Positions 23,746-37,256 of a stretch of DNA of 64,000 bases are shown here, one piece after another. Under the pieces are notes generated by a model. It saw nothing but the letters and a program-made list of their open reading frames with translations. It did not search any database and was not told the DNA's origin. A program made the position numbers and the translations under genes. Within the stretch, counting starts at the first letter, position 1. Each line of letters starts with the position of its first letter. The stretch is from Octopus bimaculoides. Lineage: Eukaryota. The stretch covers positions 53,908,519-53,972,518 of the forward strand of contig NC_068984.1 in assembly GCF_001194135.2 (NCBI RefSeq), read 5' to 3'.

Positions 23746-24747
23746 TATATCTATATATTATGTAGTTGAGTAGTATATCCTTGGTTATGTCATATAATTG
23801 GTTAGAAAGTTGGCATTGGTTTCACAGGAATATAGGCAAGTCATCAGACCTGCTGGCTGGAAGCACTTAGTGTCTTTTACTACTAGAGGTAAATGTACAG
23901 TTAGTTTGATAGTAAAAAAAAAATCCTTTTGTGAGAGGGAAAAATGAGTTACTTCCCCTTGAAGCCCTTGAGTAATTCCAACTGTAGCTGAAATGGGTCA
24001 GTTTGTGTACTTTTTTCTGTTTTCTACTCTGCAAACACCAGGTTTCCTAAACAAATTTTCTGTTGCGAAGGTATTGGCTAAAAACTTCACTGTTTGAATT
24101 CAAGAAGATACCTGGATTGTACAAATTTTTTAGGACCATTTCCTCTCAGCCAAGCAAAGTTTGCACTGTTTGTTTCCATTGAAGTATTATGAAGGTTATT
24201 GCAGCATCTGCCACTTAATTTCATATGGAAACTCCTTCATTTAATTGCCACATATAGCTGGTTAATGTTGTAATGTTGCCCCTCTCTGGGATCCTAAAAA
24301 AGGACCTATGGTTAATTAGCCTAACATTAAATGGGCCCTCTGTTGTCCCACTGTATTTCTATGTGTGTCTTTTTGTTATTGTTGCTATTGCTGCTGTTGC
24401 TAATTTTGGACACCACTTATGCTTTGTTGCCTACTGCCTCAGTGTTTTATTGACCATTCACCGAGTACCCCATGCATACATACTTACATGTATAACAGTC
24501 TACTTCTTTATTTTTTAATNNNNNNNNNNNNNNNNNNNNNNNNNNNNNNNNNNNNNNNNNNNNNNNNNNNNNNNNNNNNNNNNNNNNNNNNNNNNNNNNN
24601 NNNNNNNNNNNNNNNNNNNNNNNNNNNNNNNNNNNNNNNNNNNNNNNNNNNNNNNNNNNNNNNNNNNNNNNNNNNNNNNNNNNNNNNNNNNNNNNNNNNN
24701 NNNNNNNNNNNNNNNNNNNNNNNNNNNNNNNNNNNNNNNNNNNNNNN

Positions 24748-25025
24748 ATTTCTTAAGTTTAGTACTTATTCAGTCAGTCTCTTTTGCCAAAATGCTATGT
24801 TATGGGGACATAAACACACCAACACTGGTTGGCAAGCAGTAGTGGGGGACAAACAGACATGAAGACGCATGCACACACACACACACACACACACACACAA
24901 TGTACTTCTTTCAGTTTCTGCCAACTAAATCCACTCTGGTCAGCCTGAGGCTATAGCAGTAGACACTTGGGACTGAACCCAGAATCATATGGTTGGGAAG
25001 CAAGCTTCTTACCACACAGCTGTGC
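24748..25025 (-). mobile_element. SINE family B, cut by a gap
   Basis: Reverse complement of body, internal (CA)n and head. Confidence 0.8.
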
Positions 25026-25424
25026 ATTCTTTGTTTCTGTGTTGGAGACTTTCTTTTCCTTTTGGGGAGAAATTTGAACAATAAATCAGAATACACTTAA
25101 ATAATTTATTTTTAATACATAAATTTACAGATAGATAGATAGAGATAGATAGATAGATAGAGAGAGAGAGTAAAACCTCAATTAATTTGGTTACTTAGTT
25201 CTGTGAAAAAGCTGTGCTATTTGAAACTAAGAACTGTCAAAATACTTGGTTGAAGTTTTCTAATGTATTTTCTTACTATATTTCAAAAATAATATGAAAA
25301 TAAAGGATAGTGAAAATGCATTCACAATTCAATAGTTCATAGAAATGAAACAGTATGCTTTACTCTGGTGTACATAAAAAAACAAAGAGAGAGGGAGAGA
25401 AGTATATTTTTACAAATATGCCAC

Positions 25425-25656
25425 GGGCATATGGCGTAGTGGTTAAGAGCGCGGGCTACTAACCCCAAGATTCCGAGTTTGATTCCAGGCAGTGACCTGA
25501 ATAATAATAATAATAAGAGGGAAAAATACCTTAGGAATGTTAACCCCGGTTCGAAATTTCCCCAAGACACCTGATGAAGGCTGGAGGGTATATCAGTCGA
25601 AATGTGTTAACAATAAACATGATGAGGACAAATATCTGTCAAATGTAAATAGTGTA
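25425..25656 (+). mobile_element. tRNA-headed SINE with a hammerhead-like 3' tail
   Basis: A box TGGCGTAGTGG, B box GAGTTTGATTCC, internal (AAT)n, then gacac-CTGATGA-a-ggctg(10-nt loop)cagtc-GAAA-t-gtgtt. Confidence 0.8.
25566..25608 (+). ncRNA. Degenerate type I hammerhead ribozyme motif
   Basis: Core CTGATGA 25571-25577 and GAAA 25599-25602; stem II 5 bp (one G.U); stem I gacac/gtgtt. Only 1 nt lies between GAAA and stem I, so stem III and the cleavage triplet are missing in this copy. Confidence 0.6.
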
Positions 25657-26681
25657 CATTAACATTAGTGTCATCAACTGTTAAGCTATCATTTCTAAAT
25701 TCAGATTGCAGTTTTCCTTTCTCTAGTGAAATAGTTTTTACAAGCTATTTTTTCGAGAATAGCCTTGTTCATCAACATTATTTGTTGATTGTCATAATAT
25801 TCTTTGAGTATCTTTTACAAAACAGAATATTTTTCTGTTGCATTTTTGCCTACACATTTAACCCCATAAACATTGCAAATTCCTATTTGAGTTTTGAATT
25901 CATCAGATCAACCAGAACTAGCTGTATACACTTTTTTCAATTTCTGCTGAAATCTCATTTTCTTTTGATAATTTTTGTTTTTAATTGTAGAGAAAATGCT
26001 TAAAGTTTTCATTTTCATATTCATGATATTTAGGAGAATTCAGGTTTGGTTGTGTTCTTCCAAAAAACAAAACAGATACTCCAATCATGTCTCTGCCTCC
26101 ATTTCTTATTGTTTGCATACCTAAAGTGGATGAAATTTTATTTTGTTTTGTTTTCGTTTCTTTTTCAATATTAATCATGTTCCTTATAATTGTTGGTATT
26201 GCTGTTTCATTCATTCACAAGTCTTACCCTGTTTTTATAATTGCCAATTTTTTTTGCCTACAGCCAACACTTCACTCTTCTTAATACCAGAATTTTTCTC
26301 TGTCTCTCTTTCTTTTATCTAAATTGTTGGGATTATGTATTGTATTTTGGTGATATATTCGTTTCTATTCCAGGCAGAAGGCCTGATATTTTTGTGATAA
26401 ATTATCATACAAATGGAGGTCAGGCCCCTCACTTTATATTAAGAAAGCTGCAAAGACAAACAAGGCAGGAAGTTACAATTCAAATAGCAGGAACCACTGT
26501 ACAACAGCTGTTGCTGAATCTGTTTCTCTGATTTGTTGTTTAGTCTAGTCATATAGTCTTTCTGAAGTTTCTCTCTGCTATGTTTTTTATACTGTGCATA
26601 AGGGCTGTCAATTTATAAACCATGCTAATTAGAAAGCCATGCTGTTTGAAGGGTTAATTTGTGTGTGTGCATTCATGCAGG

Positions 26682-26725
<44 letters not shown>

Positions 26726-28349
26726 CATATCCACACACATACACACTCGTTCACACTCTCACATTCACACACACTCTCTCTCTCACACATACTCACTTTC
26801 TCTTGCTCACATACAGAGGGAGGGAGAGGGTGAGAAAGAGAGAGAGAGAAATAAAGTTTGTTTTTTAGTTCTTCCATGCTACTGTGGGTTGTAAAAATTC
26901 TTATTAAGGTATATATTTTTTGCCTGATGCCTTTCCTATTGCTAAACCTTGTCTATTTTTCCAGCAAAGGATCTTTTTTTTATTCTACATATCTTTGTAA
27001 GTGCAGCACTCCAGGATGAACTAGTTAGCAGGGAATGTCAATGTAACAATCATTATTTTTGCTCAATGGCTTCATGTGAAGAAGTGGAGTGTAAGCATTC
27101 ACACACACACACACACGCACACGCACGCGCACGCGCGTGCGCGCATGTACTTGTACATACATCCACACATATGGTGACTGTCAACTCATAGATGAGTATG
27201 ACTATCACCCTCAGATTATCTTACTGTAGATGTTAAAGACAACAGCTGTCATCAATGCCTGGACTAAGATTTAAAGTCGATACCGACTTTGCAACACTGC
27301 CACGACTCTGGCCAACAAAACCAAGTAGTCCAGAAACAAGTAAGAGCAAGATCTCAGGTTTTGCAGTGAGGCAATTGTTAGTTTTGAATTTTTTTTTCTC
27401 CTAGAGATGTCTAAAGAAGGACTACAGGTCTCTAACTTCTTTGTTGGATGGTCATTTACTTTTCTGAGTTCATTCACTCTTTGATAGGTTTTGTTTTTCA
27501 TGCTGCAATATGTCCAACAAGAACAACCCTCCTTATCAAGTAGGCTTGGTTGGGTGGCCAGTTTTGTCACCAATGACCCGACCATGTGACTCATTGTCCT
27601 GGGTTACATGTTATCAGTAGTACTGAGTGGGACCTGACAGAATGTACCTATGTACAACCATACATACATATGTATGTATGGGATGGGTTTCCATTCAGTT
27701 TCCACCCAGCAGTTCTACTCACAGATATTGGCCAACCTGATGTTATATGTGAAAAATACTTGCCTAAAGTAGCTTGCATTGAGATGCTATTTGAAACCAT
27801 GTGGTTGTGTGGATTTTGTATCCACACTGGTATGTAACTATGCCTGTGCTATACACCCACAAACACACAGATACTTCACCTGCAAATTTACATGCACATA
27901 CACACAAATGGGAAATGAATTGCCTTACTCAATAGTACAATGTACTGCTTGGTTCAAGAATGGAACTCACAACTTAATGCCACATGTCTTTATGTGATCC
28001 TTATTGTGTATTATCTTAACCCCCCCCCCTCTCTTTCTCTTGTGTGTGCAAATTACAAACATAGATATGTGTGTGAGTTGATAATAAATATCACATTGTT
28101 TTATTGATGAGTTACTAAATTATGAGAAAGTCATGTGTTCTTCAATAAATAATAAAAGGTGACTTTTAAGGTATATTTGATATGTTATAATGTCATTGAA
28201 GTATGACTGCTGCTATCATCAAAGTATAAGCATATGTTATTTGTGTAACTGATAGTTTATGTAACTTCTTAGTTACATGAATAAAAGATACATTTAAACA
28301 TTATTTTATTGGTTTGGTTAGGAAGAAGTGTTTGTGTCCATGACTTTTG

Positions 28350-29640
28350 CAGGCCCTTTGAGGCTGATGATGCTGACATGGCTACTGTTCTTCCTGAATG
28401 GTTGATAGCTACATAAAATATCTACTGGATAGAATTCCAATGGATTGATGTCTCATGAAGAAAGAACTAGGCTTAGTAGTTATTATGAGGCAAAGAGGAA
28501 TGGTGGTGGATACACCATGTATGATGAGAGAAGGAGGAGGAGAGAAAAGTGAGTTGGTAATACATGACGTTTTGATGATAAATGACAAGGCATCTGTAAG
28601 AAACAACAGCTACTGTAGTAGTGGTAGGATAGAGAAAGGATACAAACTTGACCATCATGCTTGTAAGTGTGTATGTATATGTGGTGTCAGTGGATGGTCA
28701 ATGAAACGCTGAAGTAGTAGTCAACAAAACAGATATGTTGTCCAACAGTAGCAGCAGTAACTACAATAACAAAAAGACACGCACAGAAATATGTTGGAAC
28801 CTGTGGGCCATAGGTTAGAATGTGATGGTGAATGACTAATAACTTCATGCGCTAGTCAGTTGAATGTCCTTTATTTGGATGAAGTGTTGGATGTCTGTGT
28901 ATGTAGCAGCAGAAGTACTGTGCCAGATGTGGAATCAGTACTTCACTTAGGATCTTTCTGAAACTTTGTAGCAGATTATAAGTAACTAGGAGAGGGTGGA
29001 ATTATTTTATAACTCTGAAGAGAAAAACCTGTCTTTCTCACACAGTTTTGGTTATGTTGACAAAGTATGTTTGACAGGAGAGATCCTTAGTGATGGTGAG
29101 GGCTTAGCATTTGCAGTGAGTGACTTTGAGGCTTCTAGTTGTATGCTGTTCATGTTCAGTGAGAGTGATAATGTTTTCTTGATAGGTGTAATGACTGTGT
29201 CTCAGCTGTTGAAGATGTGACTTGATATGACCACAATTAGATAATATTTTCAAAGTTGCTATTGATGGCATCAGTGCAGAGTTGTTATTAGGTGTCTAGG
29301 TTGCATACAAATGACACTTGGGTGTGGAAGCTTAGGGAGAATGAAGGGTAGTATCATCTGCATGCGACTCAGTGTCATAGAAAATGGTGACAAAAAGTTT
29401 CTGGAGGAAGAGTGTGGAATACACAACCAAACAAAGGAACAATTCAGTGTTGATAGAATGTGGGTAAGAGAGAGCTCTATCAGCACTTGACCTGACAAGA
29501 AGACACCGACTTTAAAGATGTGGGGTGAATGGAACTCATAGATAGGATGCTTAAGAATAGGAGCTAATATAGGCTTTTGAAAGGCACTCATAGATCAGAA
29601 GGTAATGTTAAACTGACAGGTGCGATATGTCCTTTCTCAC
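28350..29640 (-). mobile_element. Decayed CR1/Jockey-group LINE (RT C-terminal half and 3' region)
   Basis: Minus-strand translation across frameshifts gives HSINT...TLFL (cf. GVPQGSVLSPTLF), HADDTTLHS (cf. YADD), TAETQSLHLSRK, LNMNSIQLEASKSL and a RKTGF...EYCSHIW-like segment. Confidence 0.8.
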
Positions 29641-29649
29641 CGCATAAAA

Positions 29650-30350
29650 ATGGATGTTCACCAACAAAGCATCTTGAGATCAGCATACCTCACTTTTTCC
29701 TATGTTTTCTTATATCTTCCTCTTTTACAGATTCCTTGCATATGGGATTACTTGACACTTCTTAACTCAGCATTTTCTGTATGCATCACATATCTGAAAC
29801 AGTGCAATTTTTTCTTTTGCTGGCTGCATCTGACAGCTCTTAATAACCAGCTTTTCTCTCAACTCATTTGTGCTGTCATTCATGCATACTAACATTTTAC
29901 AATTACTATTCTAGTGAAGCAGGTTTTATCTTATTTCTTTGCCATATTTTAAATATCCTCTGCATTCACTGCTCATATTTCATTCTCATGCAACATTGCT
30001 CTTCATTCACAAGTGTCATATGATCTGTGCTTCACTCAAGTGAGTAAATTGCTTTGTTGCTTGCAGAGGTAGTAGCTACTTAAACATTTTTTACCCTATT
30101 CTTTCACTGGCTTCCATGCTTCTGGAGCATAAACCTCCACTGCTTATTAGATAGCCTAAGTAACAGAAACTATCAACTAATTTTAGGGTGTTTTCTGAAC
30201 ATTTCATAGGTGCTCTTACTACTTACTATTTCAGTGCATCTTCTAAATACAAAGTTTTCCTTCTCTTCTCACCTTGCTGTGACCCTTTTATACCTCTTGT
30301 GTACATATTTACTGAAGGAGGAACATTTGAAACATAAATGTAGTAAAGCA
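29650..30350 (-). mobile_element. Highly decayed LINE remnant, possibly RTE-type
   Basis: Purine-rich minus strand with weak LINE-linker-like peptides; no diagnostic motif is intact. Confidence 0.3.
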
Positions 30351-30835
30351 AATCAATACATCTCAATCTAGAGCACTCAGAGGCATCACATTTGGCCAAC
30401 ACAAAGAAACAACTACACTATGTAGTTTATAAGTTATATAGGTCAATATCATGATTATATAATTCTACCTGGTTCCCCCAAACTATGCAGAATAAAGAAC
30501 ATTAAATAATGCATTTTGCATCAATCTAAGATGCGACAAGCTAATTCAAACCAAACTACACAAAATGAAATGCCATATGGAGATGTGATGGATATGATTC
30601 ATACCTGCAGCAAGTTCCAGCCTCTGTTACTTCATGTTCAGTCACCCAGACACATCCACCACACACCAGGGTGCTGCTACAATCCCTTCCTAAATGCCCT
30701 ATCCTTCACACTAACTCCAGGTAAACATATGTCTGAAGCTCTGGATTTGTAGATCATTTAACTATATACCTATGTGCCTTAGGCATGTCTAGTCAGGGCT
30801 GACTAGAGCCATGCAACAAGTTATCAATTATTACA

Positions 30836-31051
30836 GGGCATAAGGCAGTGAACTGGCAGAATTGTCAGCACACTGGGTAAAATGCTTAGCAGCATTTTGT
30901 TCATCTTTATGTTCTGAGTTCAAATTCTGCTAAAGTTGACTTTGCGTTTCATCCTTTCAGGGTTAATAAAACAAGTATCACTTGATCACTGAAGTCGATG
31001 TAATTGACTTACCCATCCTCTGAACTTGCTGGTCTTGTGTCAAAATTTGAA
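30836..31051 (+). mobile_element. SINE family C, full copy with 13-bp TSD
   Basis: atcaattattaca at 30823-30835 and 31052-31064; head ggcagtgaactggcagaattgtcagc; central gttgactttgcgtttcatcctttc. Confidence 0.88.
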
Positions 31052-31890
31052 ATCAATTATTACAATGATCCATTTCTTTAATGGTAAAGTTGTTCTAATC
31101 ATCCAATGCTTATTTTCTGCTGATGAGATAGGTTATCTGAGAGTCTTGATCATGGACAGAATGTAATATCAACAACAAAATATAGACCACTGACCTCCAT
31201 CAACATATCTATCTACATTCTTGTCTCATGTATATGGCTTATAAAATGAAGTTTGTCTAGTATAGATAACATAGCATAATCTGTAAGATAGCCTTCTGGT
31301 TACAGTACACTTTTATTGAATGGAGAATTCTGTCTAGTGTTTTTGCTTCAATTTTTTTTAATTAAAAAAAAAACGTTTCGATAAACCAGAATTACAGGAT
31401 AATGAGTAATCAAAGTAGTTAAAAAAATGTTTAAATCTGGAATTAACATTCAAATCAATATTTGACTAAAGTTATATAAAAAAAAAAAAAATAATAACTG
31501 TCATTCAAATTTGAATCAATAAAAAATTTCAGCTTTTCACAAAATACATTTGAATTTTGCATGAATTTTAATCACATGAGCTTCTGTTGATAAATATATT
31601 CACTAGAATTGTTAGGCTAATAATCGTAATTTGTGTCAATATGAATTGGATTGCTAATGTATACATACATACACAAAAGATCTTGTACCTTGAGATGCTG
31701 TAGATATTATTTTGCATAAAGCCTAATCATGATGTTCAGTCATATTTTGTTTTGATACACAGACAAAAGCTGGTAAAAACTGATGCCCATATCTGACCAC
31801 TGAAGTTAGCCTGTCAAACAGGTCATTTTCTGAGATTGGTAACTGTTGTGCCGAGAGTCATTGACACTCCTGTGGGATTGGAAGAATGGA

Positions 31891-31924
<34 letters not shown>

Positions 31925-31926
<2 letters not shown>

Positions 31927-32040
31927 TAGAGACAGCTGATGAAGGGATATTCCAAGTGGCTTTCCGTTTTCCTATGTGTTCGTTCCGTTGTCTGTAGTTT
32001 ATTGTTCTAACGTCCTGTACCCTGATATGCATGTATATAC
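31925..32040 (+). mobile_element. Short (TA)n-flanked repeat related to the 40546/41155 pair
   Basis: Shares gacagctgatgaaggg and the 3' end cgtcctgtaccc..atatgcatgtatata with that pair. Confidence 0.5.
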
Positions 32041-32095
32041 ACATGTAGATGTATGTACATATATGTGTGTATACATGTATATATATTCTTTGTAT

Positions 32096-32129
<34 letters not shown>

Positions 32130-32674
32130 TACATACACATATATACACAGACATACATATACACATGTACACACAAGAAAAAACATACTCTCCCCTACCT
32201 ATATATGCATACTTACACACATACATATACATGTATATATACACTCAAACAATGCATACTCCTAGATACAGACACAATACACATATTCATTTATACATGC
32301 AAAGCCCTATACCTACACATACTTACATGCACAGAAATAGGTTTACAATTGTTTGTACTTATATGTATGCATACACATATGCACAGATATACACATACAA
32401 GTATACATTCAAATATATATCTGCACATGCAGCATACATGCATATATTTGTACATACATGCATACATTCAAAAGTATATGCAAGTGTCTATCTGGAAAAA
32501 GTAAATCGCATACTAGTTAGTGTGGGAAGAACCAGGGCATAAAGTGCAATGGTGCGATATGGCAAACATTATATGGTGACCATGTACAGGAAGGTGTTGA
32601 TAATAGGAATATTGTTATTACAATACAAATAAGGAGGGGCATTGGTGGTGCTAGTGGGGGTTAAATAACTAGTA

Positions 32675-33682
32675 CTAATAATATTTTGAAGTGTGCTTGG
32701 TTTTGTGAAGGCAAGAAACATTTCTCTCCTTAAGAGAAATCACAAGCAGAAGGTTGGCTTTAATCATGAAGAAAACTTCGTTTACACATAACATACATTT
32801 TCTATTCTTTGTACTATATGCTGGTGCTGTTGTTAAAATCTCCCAATGTAGGTTATACTCAATTCCCTTATCCTTAAGTTCCCATATGTAGTTGCTCAAT
32901 CCCGTTGAATTTCTCCTATTTCTGTCCCCAATTTCCGCGATTGCTGTTAGGATTTATAGATATGTTGTCTATTTTCATACTATCCTTATTATTGGTGTCA
33001 TTACTTCTATTATTATTATTATTTTTATTATTATTATTTGTGTTAAAGGCATTATTATAGTTCCTGGTATTAGTCCTATCCCTACTATTGACTGTATTAT
33101 TATTCTTATTGTTATTAATGTGTTTATCAAAGATCTCTTCATTAGAGGAAAGGTTTGAGATCCTTTTACTTAGATTTTGTAGAAGGGCTCTTTTTATTTG
33201 CTGAGGATGGTTACTAGAATTATAAATATATCTTAAGGTAGAGTTTTCTTTCATATAAGGCTCATGGAATCCCATGTTTAAGTTGCAATTTATGTCTAAA
33301 TGGTTGATTGAGTAGTTTTCATTTTCTATAGTTATGGATAGGCCAAACCTATTAAAAAATTTATGTAAATGTTTCTTAAATAGTTCAATGTGTCTATTTG
33401 AATAATTCCTAACTAAAAATAGTACATCATCCCTATATAGACCTCCACTCAATTCTAGGAATTCTCTACTTATATTATCCAAGATGTATAATCCTACTAG
33501 GTCCATCGCTTCGCTGAGTCTGGTGAGCCCATTGTAATATCAAAGAGTTCAGGTGTGTCTTTTCTGGCCCATAGTTTGTTATCAAATTCTATAGCAGTCT
33601 TTTGGACAGTAAGTATCACGTTTATCTCTCTCATATTTAGGTTAGTATATCTACATTGGGAGATTTTAACAACAGCACCAGC
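32675..33682 (-). mobile_element. Penelope-like element (PLE) fragment: RT C-terminal part, thumb and endonuclease C-terminus
   Basis: FDITMGS...DLVGLYIL, GGLYRDD, SNHPQQIK and LSKRISNLSSNEEIF (32916-33650); then RNSTGLSNYIWELKDKGIEYNLHWEIL...KCMLC (32675-32920). The GIY-YIG motif itself appears deleted. One frameshift near 33500. Confidence 0.88.
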
Positions 33683-33718
<36 letters not shown>

Positions 33719-34417
33719 NNNNNNNNNNNNNNNNNNNNNNNNNNNNNNNNNNNNNNNNNNNNNNNNNNNNNNNNNNNNNNNNNNNNNNNNNNNNNNNNNN
33801 NNNNNNNNNNNNNNNNNNTATATATATATATACATACATATATATATATATATACATATATATATAATTGGTTAATCCAGTGCTGTGGTTGAAAACGTTT
33901 GCATGTGCTGAGATGCAGTGACACCTTGTTCAGAAACCTTATTGTATGGTTGTAAAGCGAACTTATTAACTACTGGCTGTTTTTGTTTTTTACTATTGAT
34001 TTGTTCAGTCAAAGCTGACTTGGAATTAAGCAACAGAAAGAACAGCTACTTGTTCTTAATTTATGAGAGCCAAAGCAATGAAAAGTATAAATTAACAAAT
34101 TTAACGTAAGACTATTTGAAATCATAGGTATTTATTTTTACATTTTTGTCAGAGTTTATAAACAACAGTTGTTGGTTTCAGCTTTACAATGCAATTCTCT
34201 TTGTAAAAATGACAATGTAGTACTTGTAACTTGATGTAAAGCAAATATATCAAGGGACTTCATTCTTAAATCACCATTTTATTTTCGGTTTTCTAGCTCT
34301 TATGGAAATATCAACTGTCTTAATTACTTTCTATATTGAAATTAGTGTGACTTTTTCCAAAATCAACTGACAAATTTAGTTTAGTTTGTCAAAAAATATA
34401 TATCTTTTAATAAATCA

Positions 34418-34772
34418 CAGTTTGCTTCCTAACTACATGGTTACTGGTTCAGTCCCACTCCATAGCACCTTCTACTATAGCCTCCAGTGTGCCCAAAGCC
34501 TTGGAAGTGGATTTTGTAGATGGAAACTAAAAGAAGCCTGTCATGTCTGTCTATGTGTCTCCCAGATTGTGTTTGTCCTTAACCACTGTTTGATAACCAG
34601 TATTGATTTGTTTAAGTCTCCATAGCTTTGTGGTTGAACGAAAGAAAATGATAGAATGAGTACCAGGTTTAAAAATATGTACTAGGGTTTGTTTGCTTGA
34701 GCCCTTCAAGGTGGTGCCTCAACATGGCCATAGTCAAATGACTGAAATAAGTAAAAGATAAAAGGTAAAAGA
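34418..34772 (+). mobile_element. SINE family B, old copy
   Basis: Head, body and tail (gactgaaataagtaaaagataaaagg) are recognisable. Confidence 0.8.
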
Positions 34773-34821
34773 AGAAAGGATAGAAGATATGTGTCAGTGA
34801 AAGACACATATGCGTGCGCGT

Positions 34822-34860
<39 letters not shown>

Positions 34861-36800
34861 CATGCATGCACACGTGGCTCTTGTGCTGTCTCTACTCATC
34901 AATTTCCCTCCACACAACTGAAAACATTTGCCCAAGATGATGTGCTGTGAAATTGAACTCAGAGCCATATGGTTGTAAAGTGAAATTCTTAACCACACAC
35001 CTATACTACTATATTTGAAGTCATACACATAGACAAAATTAAATAATTGGCAGAAAATATAAATCTGCTATGGAAACATCATTTCTTCCTTCCACCTCCT
35101 TGAGAAGAAAAATCAGTTATTTTCTATAATGAAATTATTATGTTGAAGCAGACTTTTCCATAATTAGCTGACAAATTTAGTTGAGTTTGTCAAAAAAACA
35201 TTTCATTATATCACGAAACATTTGCCTAAAGATTCTGAAATTCTGCTATATCTCATGTTAGTAAAAATATAATCTTTATGAAACCTTAAAATTCTTTAGC
35301 TTATCTTTGGAGAAAATCTCTGTTGACATTTCATTAGTTTCTTCCTTCCTGATAAAAAAATTTTAAAAAAATAGAAAGAAAATGGAAACACTATTATAGT
35401 GTAAAGTTTGCATTTATTCAATTTATATCTGTTATCTGAGCTTCCAGCAGTTAACCAGTAAACAACAGATTGTACCAACAGCATACAGTGCTGGAAATTA
35501 AACTTTCTAGCAGCAATGTAAAAGGATAAACATTTATTTATACTTGTACAAGCTGTTCAACAGATGAATTACACTATTCTCCTTTACATTCTTCTCTTTA
35601 GAATCTATGAAAAACTAACTTAAAATGGATGTCTGTATAGTTTCCTGATGCTATTAATAGACAAAATGAAGAGTATAAATCTGCTGTAAGCATTAAACTT
35701 TCACATCATTGATTTCAAATCAGTAAGCTATTATTAAAGAGGTTTCATACTATTTTCTATATGGCATCAGAGACAACTAATACCTTTAACCTACACAACT
35801 AGAAATTCCTGTGTCACTAAAACGAAGTTTTTTTTTGTTAATGATAATTAGAATTATTGCTCAGCCTGCTGGAAATATCAACTAAATCCCCCCCCTCTCT
35901 CTCTCTCTTAAATCTTATCCTACCATCTTGAGAAAAGAACACAAACAACTGATAACATAAAAGGAAAGGAACACAGACAAGTGATAACATAAAAGGATAA
36001 GTTGTTTGTTGCTGGAAAGTATTTAATTACAGGTGTGCAAGAAAAGACATGACAAGGCTTAAAACATTAAACTTTAATAGATAGATGTCAAGCCAGATAT
36101 TATCAGAGAATACAAGAATAGAACTGAGAGAACTATGTGATTTTTTGATGCTTAATCCATACAGTCTATTGGTTCAATCTTTCCNNNNNNNNNNNNNNNN
36201 NNNNNNNNNNNNNNNNNNNNNNNNNNNNNNNNNNNNNNNNNNNNNNNNNNNNNNNNNNNNNNNNNNNNNNNNNNNNNNNNNNNNNNNNNNNNNNNNNNNN
36301 NNNNNNNNNNNNNNNNNNNNNNNNNNNNNNNNNNNNNNNNNNNNNNNNNNNNNNNNNNNNNNNNNNNNNNNNNNNNNNNNNNNNNNNNNNNNNNNNNNNN
36401 NNNNNNNNNNNNNNNNNNNNNNNNNNNNNNNNNNNNNNNNNNNNNNNNNNNNNNNNNNNNNNNNNNNNNNNNNNNNNNNNNNNNNNNNNNNNNNNNNNNN
36501 NNNNNNNNNNNNNNNNNNNNNNNNNNNNNNNNNNNNNNNNNNNNNNNNNNNNNNNNNNNNNNNNNNNNNNNNNNNNNNNNNNNNNNNNNNNNNNNNNNNN
36601 NNNNNNNNNNNNNNNNNNNNNNNNNNNNNNNNNNNNNNNNNNNNNNNNNNNNNNNNNNNNNNNNNNNNNNNNNNNNNNNNNNNNNNNNNNNNNNNNNNNN
36701 NNNNNNNNNNNNNNNNNNNNNNNNNNNNNNNNNNNNNNNNNNNNNNNNNNNNNNNNNNNNNNNNNNNNNNNNNNNNNNNNNNNNNNNNNNNNNNNNNNNN

Positions 36801-36836
<36 letters not shown>

Positions 36837-36839
<3 letters not shown>

Positions 36840-37256
36840 CTTGTTTACACAGAATACTATGGCCATGCAGTCATGCTGGGGCACCACATTGCACAGTTTA
36901 GTTAAAAAATTTGGCATACTAATTTTTCCTTTAGTCTGGTACTCACTCTAACAGTCTTTTGTGCTGAACCATGAAGTTATGGGGATGTAAATAAAGCAAC
37001 ACCAGTTGTCAAGCAGTGTGCATGTGTGTGTGTGGGGGGGACGAATGCAGACACACATACATACACATGCATGCATACACACACACACACACAAGCTTTC
37101 ACATAGTTTCTACCTACCAGATTCACCCACAATGCATTGGTTAGCCTAGGGCTATAGTAGAGGAGACTTTTCCATGGTGCCATGCAGTAGAACTGAACCT
37201 AAATCCACATGATAGCAAAGCGAGCTTCTTAACCTCATAGCCATACATGTGCCTAC
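36837..37256 (-). mobile_element. SINE family B, old copy
   Basis: Reverse complement of tail, body, internal (CA)n and head ending gtgcctac. Confidence 0.8.

Noticed and set aside
27100-27150. (CA)n grading into (CG)-rich alternating run as a Z-DNA element
   Set aside because: Alternating purine-pyrimidine tracts are ubiquitous in this window; nothing marks this one as functional.
31930-31975. CTGATGAAGGG as a hammerhead
   Set aside because: No GAAA or stem III follows.
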